A program made the translations under genes and the position numbers. 64,000 nucleotides of DNA from Thalia democratica (Eukaryota), in NCBI GenBank assembly GCA_965202585.1, contig OZ241829.1, positions 19,778,001 through 19,842,000 of the forward strand, read 5' to 3'. A model generated the notes under the pieces. The model did not search any database, was not told the origin of the DNA, and worked only from the letters and a program-made list of their open reading frames with translations. This document shows, piece by piece, positions 32,101-39,830 of this stretch (its first letter is position 1; every line of letters begins with the position of its first letter).

Positions 32101-34249
32101 TTTTAAAACATTCAAACCAAGATACAACAAGATAAACAATTTGATCAGGTATGTGATTTAAAACTTGACTTGTATATCAACATTTTAAAGGAGCTATTAA
32201 ACAAGTTCAAATAACTGGTTATAATTTCAATCATAAAAATTTCTAACCTTTACCCCTAATTTTGTTATAGGCTTTGAATACTTAACCCTTCTTTATTTAA
32301 AAAGATAGAAGGTGGAAAATAAAAATCAGCATCATTTTCAGCTTGCAAACAGTTTAAAAATATTTTCTCGATGAGCACACAAAAGTTTACAAGCTCGCAT
32401 GGAAAACAACTCAACGAAAACACGCGCACAGAGAAGACTTTGCACAGAAAAAGCCAGCGGTTTGTACTTGAAACATGGTAAGAATTACAAAAAATCAATA
32501 AATTCAACTTCAGCCTTTCATATGCCGTACACTGCAGTGTGACTAAAACTAAAAGTAGATCTCTCATGCGTGACTAAAACTAAAAAACAAATAGACCAGA
32601 ATTGTTCTGTGCAATGTCCAAGAAAGGGATTTTTTAGCAAAACAATTAAACAACTCTGGTCAAGTTTAATTTAATCAAAAAGTGGATAGTGAATGAAGAA
32701 ATCAGTCAAGTATGAAATAATCGATGGCTCTTCAGCGAGCTTAGTATACGTTGTTATTTTGCAATTATAACTTGATACAATTTCTTTCAACCAAATATAG
32801 CGTTTCGTGCAAGTATTTCAAGTGCTGGAAAGCGATATTTTAAAACAAACTTTCAAGCAAATGTGCAACATCAAAACTACATTTTCCTGCTAATAATAAT
32901 AAAGCAGTTCAAATTTGTCTAAATAATAGTTTTCAAGCATAGATGGAAAGTAACCATAAATGTTTTGATAACAATAATTTTGATACTCTTTTACAGTTTT
33001 TCTAAACTTTTTCAGTAAAAAAAAAACTTTTTCTATTTTATCATAATGAGGTTTTTTTTTTGAACAATTAGGTAAAAATATAAACTTTTAAACATAGCTA
33101 AGTAATTTCATACCATAGATATTTTCTGAATAACAGTATTTATACTATGTTAAAGTTATTTTAACTAAAAAATTTAAACTTGACATTGGTAGCTATTTGA
33201 CGACAGCTAAAAATAAAAGAATGTCAGAATAAATTAAATCAACAATCACAATGAGTTTATCCGAAATAAGTATATTATTATATAACTTTAATAAAAAAAA
33301 TTGCTTATTTATAAAAATGTATATATAACTAAGCTCTATCAAAATGTTTTAACTTTATAAGCTACAAATAAGTATATAGCTAAATTTCTGTATCTTAATG
33401 TCTATTTTAGTTCATCTAATTGGAATTAGACTATTTCGAATGAAATTATAATCTTGTCCGATAAAACTAGTCAATACTAAATGATAAGTAGCTAAAAATT
33501 TAATAGTTAAATTGTTTTGCAATTTATGAATACAGTCATTTACTAAAATTTATACTTTATTTTAGTGTTTTGCAAATAAACTTAATGTCTACTTATCACG
33601 ACTACACGTATTAACCTTGATATTTTTTGCTGTTTTGATCGGCCTAAAAACAGGTTTTCATTTGTTATTATAACAAAAATCAATTTGCCTTGTCTGCTTG
33701 AGACTTATAGATAAACAAAACATGCTGTTTAGTGATTGGTTAAAAAACTATTCAGGCCCAGTATTGAACCAATGAGATAAAAGCAATTTTGAACTCTGAT
33801 AATTGATCATGTATAAAAGAATCAACTATTTTAAAAATAATGAGTAAAAAAAAGTAAATATTAAAATTTTTGAATAAAAGTAGACTATAAATTTTCCTTT
33901 TATTAATAACTTATCAATCTTTAATTTTTTTTGAAACTTTCTTAAAATCTATAAATAAAACGTACATAAACAATATATAATTAGAAAATAACATAAATAT
34001 TTAAAATAAAAGTTAAACAAACAAACCTCCCATCATGCTCCTGGCGTCCATCCCACCTCCCCCGTTGCTCCCGGAAGTCCCCGCTCCGTTGTTTCCAAAC
34101 AGGGAACTTCCCCCGAACTGAGCCATGTTCATCAGCGGGTTCTGCTGCTGCTGGGCCGCCATGGCCTGCATCGCCATCAGAAGTTGCAACTCGGGGTTTT
34201 CCCCTCCGGCCCCCTTTTTCGAGGCGTCCTTGTGGTTCTTTTGGTCCAT
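4858..34249 (-). CDS. BAZ2B: BAZ2A/BAZ2B/Toutatis-like bromodomain adjacent to zinc finger domain protein (ISWI accessory subunit), 39 coding exons, about 1960 aa
   Basis: All 38 introns are GT-AG with matching phases and one continuous frame. TAM/MBD (LPIYQGWTR...VVYKTPDGKTL...YLKQNP...NFSFS), DDT (DILMVLEFLHNFKDAL), WHIM1 (KAMTLGFLVDEL), WSD (GLDRYKRRYWLL; GWWRI...SLHTRGDREKELH) and bromodomain (FFLHPVD...YKAIIKKPMDFETI...DVRLVFENCKVFN). This domain order with an MBD points to BAZ2 rather than BAZ1. The symbol is approximate: likely a single co-ortholog of vertebrate BAZ2A/B. Confidence 0.92.
5334..5459 (-). CDS. BAZ2B: BAZ2-like exon 38: bromodomain C-terminal half
   Basis: YKGVEQFAADVRLVFENCKVFNVDDSEVGRAGISVSEFFEK; ctaacag / gtgatt. 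Confidence 0.95.
5785..6032 (-). CDS. BAZ2B: BAZ2-like exon 37: bromodomain N-terminal half (alternative in-frame acceptor at 6095)
   Basis: RARPAPKKK...MCREVLEEISEHEEAYFFLHPVDLNQIPSYKAIIKKPMDFETIRKRLNKN; caacag / gttgga. Confidence 0.93.
6420..6546 (-). CDS. BAZ2B: BAZ2-like exon 36 (linker)
   Basis: SKETQALTESNAYVNDVTVDSDVTKPSTPKSRPKPKKKRPTP; phase 2 to 0; tacag / gttagc. Confidence 0.8.
6806..7008 (-). CDS. BAZ2B: BAZ2-like exon 35 (basic linker; NAGNAG acceptor)
   Basis: QILRTPTRKANNQSSPKPSKKRPAPEKR...DETEA; the only stop-free frame; tacagcag / gttagt. Confidence 0.85.
7283..7400. repeat. Degenerate 45-bp direct duplication of the 3' end of exon 34 (offset 73)
   Basis: 7283-7327 versus 7356-7400, 38/45 identical by manual alignment. 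Confidence 0.9.
7356..7482 (-). CDS. BAZ2B: BAZ2-like exon 34
   Basis: AGDVAAGLRTWRNAVGSASSAAQLAMAIQVFNNSVSWCKIPE, matching the conserved BAZ helix that normally precedes the PHD finger. Confidence 0.92.
7816..8045 (-). CDS. BAZ2B: BAZ2-like exon 33
   Basis: TWSSHPKMSLRED...LLQKIEQNVPRAFLKPPL...; aaacag / gtttgt. Confidence 0.9.
8365..8489 (-). CDS. BAZ2B: BAZ2-like exon 32
   Basis: DQQQRKEMFEDLKTTLYNSEMKVLKRVEDILDRCIAQGILNS; ttcag / gttagt. Confidence 0.9.
8724..8897 (-). CDS. BAZ2B: BAZ2-like exon 31: WHIM3 / WSD
   Basis: KKYGWWRIDNEKKFDDVMVSLHTRGDREKELHGKLTKY. Confidence 0.95.
9365..9675 (-). CDS. BAZ2B: BAZ2-like exon 30
   Basis: NGHSEERP...CDVTKPSADVTKPTCDVTKCDV...LLPERVKYPK; phase 2 to 1. 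Confidence 0.88.
9973..10082 (-). CDS. BAZ2B: BAZ2-like exon 29 (AT-rich linker)
   Basis: IPGDSSNSPNNYESNIQPKINGGGNFSEPTVNGEPK; tacag / gtaagt; required for the phase 0 to 2 transition. Confidence 0.8.
10212..10418 (-). CDS. BAZ2B: BAZ2-like exon 28
   Basis: VYVEGLESVLDCDERDADD...SAVE; caccag / gttcgt. Confidence 0.9.
10742..10855 (-). CDS. BAZ2B: BAZ2-like exon 27: WHIM2 / WSD
   Basis: EHHSFTDKLFVSTKPLRSLDCGLDRYKRRYWLLSNLGG. Confidence 0.95.
12619..12687 (-). CDS. BAZ2B: BAZ2-like exon 26
   Basis: IASSETKPKINQATKELLQNLSK; tttag / gtaatt. Confidence 0.8.
13053..13260 (-). CDS. BAZ2B: BAZ2-like exon 25
   Basis: ARVDAANEHTQES...EPQQAQQ; cttcttcag / gtgaac. Confidence 0.9.
13727..13811. repeat. 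Short tandem repeat abutting the exon 24 donor
   Basis: cccgccaaaacta at 13766 and 13797 (period 31); aaaactattcaactattt also in a third partial unit near 13730. Confidence 0.85.
13812..13996 (-). CDS. BAZ2B: BAZ2-like exon 24: WHIM1
   Basis: VCEELETKSFAALSTDNKAMTLGFLVDELVSSTPIVRKIDHSLTGLANLRRDKWVVEGKIR. Confidence 0.95.
14861..14968 (-). CDS. BAZ2B: BAZ2-like exon 23
   Basis: FTCANGSKVTEVNVEEENYSEILRLFLWARHGRKTD. Confidence 0.92.
15233..15378 (-). CDS. BAZ2B: BAZ2-like exon 22: DDT C-terminal part
   Basis: EQPLVIPTFDELKLAVLNHPKYVHCMVQLTICLLYNGLCDPGVPVPGPW. Confidence 0.92.
15373..15480. repeat. 31-bp minisatellite, about 3.5 copies, overlapping the exon 22 acceptor
   Basis: Unit gttgttctga(c/t)aagtata(t/g)aaataattag(a/t)g starting at 15373, 15404, 15435 and 15466 (partial). 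Confidence 0.95.
15702..15824 (-). CDS. BAZ2B: BAZ2-like exon 21: DDT N-terminal part
   Basis: TWLSKEDYNAKEELNGLQTADILMVLEFLHNFKDALKTPN. Confidence 0.95.
16040..16145 (-). CDS. BAZ2B: BAZ2-like exon 20
   Basis: KERELQLAIAAQKKITYEDLTLKHNNSLPEIKPVQ. Confidence 0.92.
16448..16576 (-). CDS. BAZ2B: BAZ2-like exon 19 (charged coiled coil)
   Basis: EKDERRMQLIEQKQMELRRKAEERDRKREQMRVEKLMQKEKKQ. Confidence 0.92.
16859..16921 (-). CDS. BAZ2B: BAZ2-like exon 18 (coiled coil)
   Basis: EQRRRELAMQIRQQEADRKQR; tttag / gttagt. Confidence 0.85.
17690..17742. repeat. 31-bp-period tandem duplication next to the exon 17 donor
   Basis: tcacactactatg(g/a)cgtaaca at 17690 and 17721. Confidence 0.9.
17747..17859 (-). 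CDS. BAZ2B: BAZ2-like exon 17 (coiled coil)
   Basis: QEQKEKEEQEKFLQMQQEQMQQEQILFQKMREEHLKE; gtgagt donor. Confidence 0.92.
18162..18270 (-). CDS. BAZ2B: BAZ2-like exon 16
   Basis: STLMGWQDLQKLLEADNGMSDPNNKDDQKNNMELKK. Confidence 0.88.
18757..18804 (-). CDS. BAZ2B: BAZ2-like exon 15 (48-nt symmetric exon, possibly cassette)
   Basis: IFKFRLMHQPEGVSNK; aaaatgtag / gtagtt; phase 0 to 0, so not required for frame. Confidence 0.6.
18823..18970. repeat. Degenerate 24-31 bp minisatellite carrying TACTAAC on the minus strand
   Basis: tttgttagtaa at 18848, 18876, 18929 and 18960, plus degenerate units at 18823 and about 18905. Confidence 0.85.
19366..19467 (-). CDS. BAZ2B: BAZ2-like exon 14: end of TAM/MBD
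   Basis: YLKQNPSKLALSNFSFSGELPIGNLVQKDQHGNE. Confidence 0.93.
19799..19900 (-). CDS. BAZ2B: BAZ2-like exon 13: TAM/MBD core
   Basis: IQMEGILEAQPSPSLVVYKTPDGKTLKNQQEIAE (MBD Y-x-x-P-x-G-K motif). Confidence 0.92.
20366..20430 (-). CDS. BAZ2B: BAZ2-like exon 12: start of TAM/MBD
   Basis: MSQFRSEHHELFLPIYQGWTRV (LP-x-x-x-GW-x-R motif). Confidence 0.9.
20559..20618 (-). CDS. BAZ2B: BAZ2-like exon 11
   Basis: SKTPDFKPNKSSAKEEGSSK; tttacag / gtacgt; phase 1 to 1. Confidence 0.75.
20689..20716 (-). CDS. BAZ2B: BAZ2-like exon 10 (28-nt microexon)
   Basis: GTQEQKPQC; ttttttacag / gtaagt; required for the phase 0 to 1 transition. Confidence 0.75.
20929..21072 (-). CDS. BAZ2B: BAZ2-like exon 9
   Basis: MMAEMMKIIEQSGFVNQPPTLDGAKEQKTESGQFDKWTVPKQKNNYAN. 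Confidence 0.85.
21470..21523 (-). CDS. BAZ2B: BAZ2-like exon 8 (54-nt symmetric exon)
   Basis: RAIDQLKNTPPINKEHAQ; aaatgtag / gtttgg; TACTAAC about 24 nt upstream. Confidence 0.65.
21909..22043 (-). CDS. BAZ2B: BAZ2-like exon 7
   Basis: VPSEDEQMMMFMEMMKICAQQLNPGKNITEENFQQELETMFNNPQ. Confidence 0.9.
22712..23305 (-). CDS. BAZ2B: BAZ2-like exon 6 (594 nt, low complexity)
   Basis: FPFAGMGAGFPGMPG...KIPQKQ; matches the ORF track 22631-23290; caacag / gtaaaa. Confidence 0.92.
23516..23710 (-). CDS. BAZ2B: BAZ2-like exon 5 (acceptor could instead be at 23719)
   Basis: LCYQALLQQQNPLAQKP...NPFLMNMG; gtaagt donor. Confidence 0.85.
24133..24206 (-). CDS. BAZ2B: BAZ2-like exon 4
   Basis: ALNNLSQQPGSSRATPSGENNRQKE; ttttctttttgcag / gtacgt. 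Confidence 0.85.
26682..26867 (-). CDS. BAZ2B: BAZ2-like exon 3
   Basis: IGSNEWIAMQQLMSQHATG...KTPKVKEN; ttcttctag / gttggt. Confidence 0.85.
28181..28354. repeat. Degenerate ~60-bp direct repeat (offset 109)
   Basis: ttgcgtcaaaggtaat..acatgct at 28188 and 28297. Confidence 0.8.
28617..28751 (-). CDS. BAZ2B: BAZ2-like exon 2
   Basis: GAGWNPSQFDLAAMQQAALIQGGYPNMNNMAAGMGRNNFNMMNPA; tttcacag / gttagt. Confidence 0.88.
32539..32585. repeat. 16-bp direct repeat with 31-bp period in the intron-1 island
   Basis: gtgactaaaactaaaa at 32539 and 32570. Confidence 0.85.
34027..34249 (-). CDS. BAZ2B: BAZ2-like first coding exon
   Basis: ATG at 34249 (ccaaATGG), MDQKNHKDASKK...RSMMG; donor gtttgt. An upstream acceptor ttatttcag at 34311-34319 implies a spliced 5' UTR. 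Confidence 0.85.
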
Positions 34250-37200
34250 TTGGTTTCGATCGTGGGGATTTTATTTGATTGTTGTATTTAAAAATTAAGT
34301 TTACAAAAATCTGAAATAAACGATTGTACATAAGCATAATTTATTTTCACTTTTTTTTTATTCAAATTTACATTATTTCTAACTGAAAGTTTTTACTGCA
34401 TTTTAATGTAATTGTTTTTTATTCTTTTAAAAATAAATAAAAACAAATGTACATACATTTACATACTTTAAGCAGTCTGTTTTTCGTGTAAAAACTGTCT
34501 TAAACTATAAAGTGAGCTTATAAAATAAAACTAAAGTTTTACTGCAATCAACTTCCAATTTGTTTAAATATATACACCAAAACTGTCATATTTTTAAATG
34601 TTTTGATACTATGTTCATCATATTAATTGGAACTGAATATCTTGAAATTCCTCACTTGATTTCCCACAAGAGGTTTACAGACTTCGTCTGTAAATCGATA
34701 CTTAGAAATATTGGAGTAAGGAATTTATGATTTGAAAAACATTTTATGTAGATGAAGTTTGTATGTTTTAGGACACAAAAAAGTAGATAATTAAAGGAAA
34801 TGTAACCAAATTTAATGAGTAGACAAATAAAACTTAATTTTTGGTGCAAATAAATTAAGTTTTTAAAGTGTTTAAACTATAATTTAAAAATAATCAATAC
34901 ATTTAAGGTTTTTAAACTACTTATACTCTTACACTTTGTATTTGTTATAATGTAACTAAACTGTAAAATGCAATCTGAATTAAACTCAAGTTTGTTACTT
35001 ATCTACAATACAACATACACATTTTACTTTATTAACCTAAAGTAGAATTGAAATTTAGATCAATATGTTTAAGTAGCAACATTATTTTCAAAATCTCCAC
35101 GCCAAATAAGACTAAAAGATACATTAAAAAACCACTTTTAAAAGATAAAAGCTGTATAAAACACACAAAAAATATTCCACTTATTCTACTTCAATCAGAT
35201 AATAAAATTGCGAAAGTCATAGCTGTGTTTGAGATATACAAAAATTTAATACGTAAAACTTGTAATAAGATGTGTTGTTATAGTTTTTTTTCTCATAAAA
35301 CACTTTTCTACGTATTTATTTTCTTAAACATCGAATTATAACGTAAATGACAAGCACTTCTATAAATAGACAATTTCGTAGCTTGAATGACGTGAAACCT
35401 TTTAACATTTGAAAAAGTTTTACGAACAGAACAGTTTTAATTTGATGAAAATCACATAAAAGTATTTTTTTTTGTGCTTTGTAAACAACAAAAATAGCTT
35501 TACTTTATGCCAAGAAAAACAAAGTTTTTTTGCTTCTTTATATGAATGACAAAACAGAGCAAACTAGAAAATTACAGCAAAAGTTTAGTTTAAAATGCAT
35601 AAAAAGAAGATAAAAAGTAAATTTTGAAAATATATTCATTAAAAAAAGTTAAACACTGTAAGTATCTTTTAAGTGTAACTCATTATTAAATTAATACATT
35701 TTCTACTTAATAATACAGAATTTAATCAAACTTTCATAGGCTAAGCACAAGTTTAAACAGAAGTGGTTTTGAAGCTCCCTTTTCTCAGCAACGTTTTAAC
35801 TAACAGTGCAAACAAAATTATAACAAATTCACTGACAGAACAACGCATTCAAACTTGTGAGCACATTGTACTCAGAAACAAAAAAGCTGGTGAAATTATA
35901 CTGCTCGAAATGAACGCCATATATGGTGTGCTGGTGATGAATACAAAGCTAATATATTGCCACGCTGGTTTAAGTTGCTTATGATGGCTTTCGCAAGTTG
36001 TAAGCTTTTATTATTGCCTGCTTTAATTTGCTTGTGGCTCTTGGTTGGTCGTCTCTTTTGTTGTATTTACTTTTGTGACTGGTTTGAATAAAGTATACTT
36101 TTTACAAACAGTTAAAGTCTACTTTAAATTTGATTTTGTTGTTTTAATGAACAAAACTATCAAATATATTTAAAAAAAGAATTTAAATTTATTGATAATT
36201 AAAAAAACTAAAAACAAACATTTTAACTTTATCTAAAACTATATTTTTATAAACTTGTGATACACTTAAATCAAAATGTACTAAACATGTTATTTAAATA
36301 CATAAACTTGAAACGCAAAAGCATATTTTAGATCTTAGAGCTTTATTAGTTTTTACAAACTTTCTAAACTTAATAACTAAAGCACAAGTATTTATTACAG
36401 AGTTGTGACTTAGTTTTAAAAATTTCTTGTTTGATTTCCACTAATCATCATGTATATAATCACTTAAATTCAATTGCTTTCAATTCAGAGTGACTTTAGA
36501 CATACTGAGTAAAATATTAAGCTTCACAAAACTGAGTTTGAAAGCATACAAATTGTAAAAACAAGCTCTAAACAAAAAATTGATGACTTTAAAACAGTGA
36601 ATAGTGTGTTTTTTGTATGTTTTGAAAACATAATTAACATATAAAGAACAAAGGTTCTGTTATTCTTTTGCAAGTTTGTGTTCATTACTTACTCATAAAT
36701 ACAAAAACTAAAAACATGCTGAATAAAAGCCAAATAATACATACGACCAGGTTGCTTTCAAACATTGATAAGATTAAGTGAGTTGAAAAAAGTCTAAACA
36801 TGAACAACTGGAACAACTAATGTTTAGTAAGAATTCAAGGCAAATTGCTACAATTAAAAGAAGATAATTCAGCTTTAATTGATATGTTTGTTCTGTATAA
36901 GTTAGCAATTATTCGTATAAACAACTCATATTGTATGTATAGGTTTATAAAAACAAACAAAATTATAGTATTTTAAGCAACTTATTACTCTAAAGATAAA
37001 TAACTGAATGCTAAACTTTATTTACTTTTTTAAACTAAGTATAAGAAATATACCTAAAAAAATTTCTACATCAAAATTTTAGCAAGGAAAAATTTCCAAC
37101 TATCTTCAAAAAATATAAAAAACAAAACGTTTACCTAATCACACTTCTGACTATAAACTGCTTTAAATAATTAAGCAATTTATTGTTTTAAATTCTATAC

Positions 37201-39479
37201 TACTTACATGAATAAGACAATAGAAAATAACTCATATACGTGAATAACAAATACGTTTAGCTTCTTACAACTAGTAATTAAATATAAGTTATAAAATTAT
37301 TATGGTATTACACACAAAGACTGTTTCTATCACTAATGAGATTAAAATTAAGCTTCATTGTTAAGAATACTCTGCAGTTAAAATACTATGACCAAACCAA
37401 TGTTATAAGCAAAAACTAGTTTAATTTTTTTTATAAGCAACGACTACATACTTCTAATTTAACCCAAACATTTTAGTACTAGTTTGTATTATTTAAACAT
37501 TAAACCTTAGGTGTGTTTGAAAACTATTATCAAGTAAAACCAAAGCTAAAAGCTAAATAATTCTTGCAATTTTATTTTGACTGTCAAAGCTGGTTGAAGT
37601 TATTACACATAAGCACTGATAAAACGGAAGTGAAAATTAAAACAAAACGTTTTGTAGTTGGCAAAATCAAGCTTATATTACTAGTAGTTGTGAATTTTGT
37701 TTCTTACTCCTTAAAAACAAAGCTAAACTGTTTTTGCAATAGAAAGTTGTGCGTGTATGTTGACCTACAATTAAATATAGAAAATGTTGTCTGTATTAAA
37801 TTATAAATCTGTACAATTTAAAAGAGTTTTAACATTTTTGAGATTATTGTACTTTTATCAATCTCAATTAAAATCAAATGATTTAATCGAACACAAAGAA
37901 CTAACTGTTTAAAAGTTAGATTAAGCTCATATTTAACAAAAGGGTTGATTTTAAAGTTAGAGGTAAAAATTTATAACATTTCACTTTTTAAAAGTTAATT
38001 GTTTTTATTTTTTGTTAGCCTAAAAGTCTATTTCAATGTACTTGCTATTAATGAGTGTTTCTAAAGTCATAACTGACATTTATGTGAATTAAAAGTTCTC
38101 TAAACTTATTTTAGAATGTTATTTTAATAAACAGTTTTTGGGTAAAATTAATAACAAACAAAAACAAGTGTTGATAAATTTCAATCTTGAATTTTATGTA
38201 TAAAATTCAATGCAATATAAACATTTACCTAAAATATGTTTATATTCGTTGTAAATGTTAAAGCTACAAAAGTTAAAACGCCTTTTAGCATTCTTCATAC
38301 ACAATAGTTACTAACTATTTTATAAAATTTAGCAAATTGTACACTTTTTTAATAATATAAACTCTATATATCACATTCTATAGTAGGTAAGGTATATCAA
38401 ATACTTATAACAAAACTAGTTCATACGGAACTATTATAAACGACTATGGCTTTAGATTAAGCACACAAATTCCTATTTAAATAAAGTAGCTTTAATTTCA
38501 GGTACTTGTGCAGTTTGACCTTTTGTTCAAACAAAACAACATACAGTTTAGTTTAAGGGTGGTAATTTTGAAAACATTAAGAACTTTAGAAAATAAGGTT
38601 TTATTTGACACTGAAATCTTCCACTTTCAAAACATAAATTACTTTTTTTCTATGCTCCTTTCCTACAGTATTTTGAATTTTAAAATAAAGCCAAGTGGTC
38701 CCAGTTTTACGAACTTTAATATAATAAACTTGTAAGTACTTAAAGTTTAATACATTTTATGAACGGCTGAAAAAAATCTTTTTTATTTCTTTCTAGTAGT
38801 AATTTATCTAGAACTAAGGTTAAAAGCTTCTCAGTCGTAATAAAAATTAAGTTTTTTTGAGTAAACATAGTTTTAAGAAGATATTTATAACATTAAATAA
38901 AGCTTAGAACTTTTTGAACAAAAATATATATGAACATTTTATTCTTACTGGAAAAAGGTATTCGACAATAAAAAAACTTTACTTTGAAAAATAAAACACA
39001 TGGTTTTAATTTAAAGAATAAAATTTGTTTAAAACTTAGAGGGCTTTCTAGCTTTCATAAAGAGCCTCAGACATAATAATGTAAAATTTGGTTAAAAACT
39101 ATTAACTTTCCATCTGATATGAAACTTTATGTTTTACTTTAATTTTTTCAGTTTAAACATACCTTTTAAACTAAACAAATTTTACAAACTTATAAACTGG
39201 ATTTTTCACCTATAAAAAGCTCTAAACGATAATTTTTCAATCTAATAAGGTTTCCAAACTGACTATTTTCCATTTAAAGGTAATATAAAACAAATTTTTC
39301 GTAAAAAAACTCATATTCTTTCAGCTAAACTATTGCTTATACAGAGCTAGACTCTTACGCCTTTAAGTCTTGATGTGTTTCAAACCCAAATACAAAACTT
39401 GTCTACAAGCAAGCAACTGAAAACAAAACAGCACAAGGCGAAGCTGAAGCAGCAAATTAAACAGAAATTTCACGAAAAC

Positions 39480-39830
39480 ACAAACCATCCTTCCACAGCG
39501 CGCGCGTGTGTGCGCAAGCGTGTTTATAATTTTAAGTTTTTCTGTTACATTCGATTATTACGTCACACCGAGCGCACTCATCACGATGCTCTGTGCTTTG
39601 TGTGCTTCCAAAGCGAACTACAAGTAAATTTTTAATCGAGCCTCGCTTTGAAATTTTCACTGCAAAGCGAACTGTCACGCTACATTTAGCATGTTAGGGC
39701 CGTCCTTTCCACTTTGACACTCTGAATTTAAAAGGTTCGTCTTTTATTCTGTTCCTTTTGCCACAAGACGTCTGTTTTGCGTTTCCTATCTTTCGCAAAG
39801 GGTCGTGCTTTTTTGTTAGCTTTGGTGATT
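39480..39830. promoter_or_regulatory. CpG-rich island; candidate alternative promoter or enhancer
   Basis: Local CpG enrichment; alternating purine-pyrimidine run 39498-39516; ttacgtca half-CRE; possible minus-strand donor ggatg|gtttgt near 39485. Confidence 0.45.
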
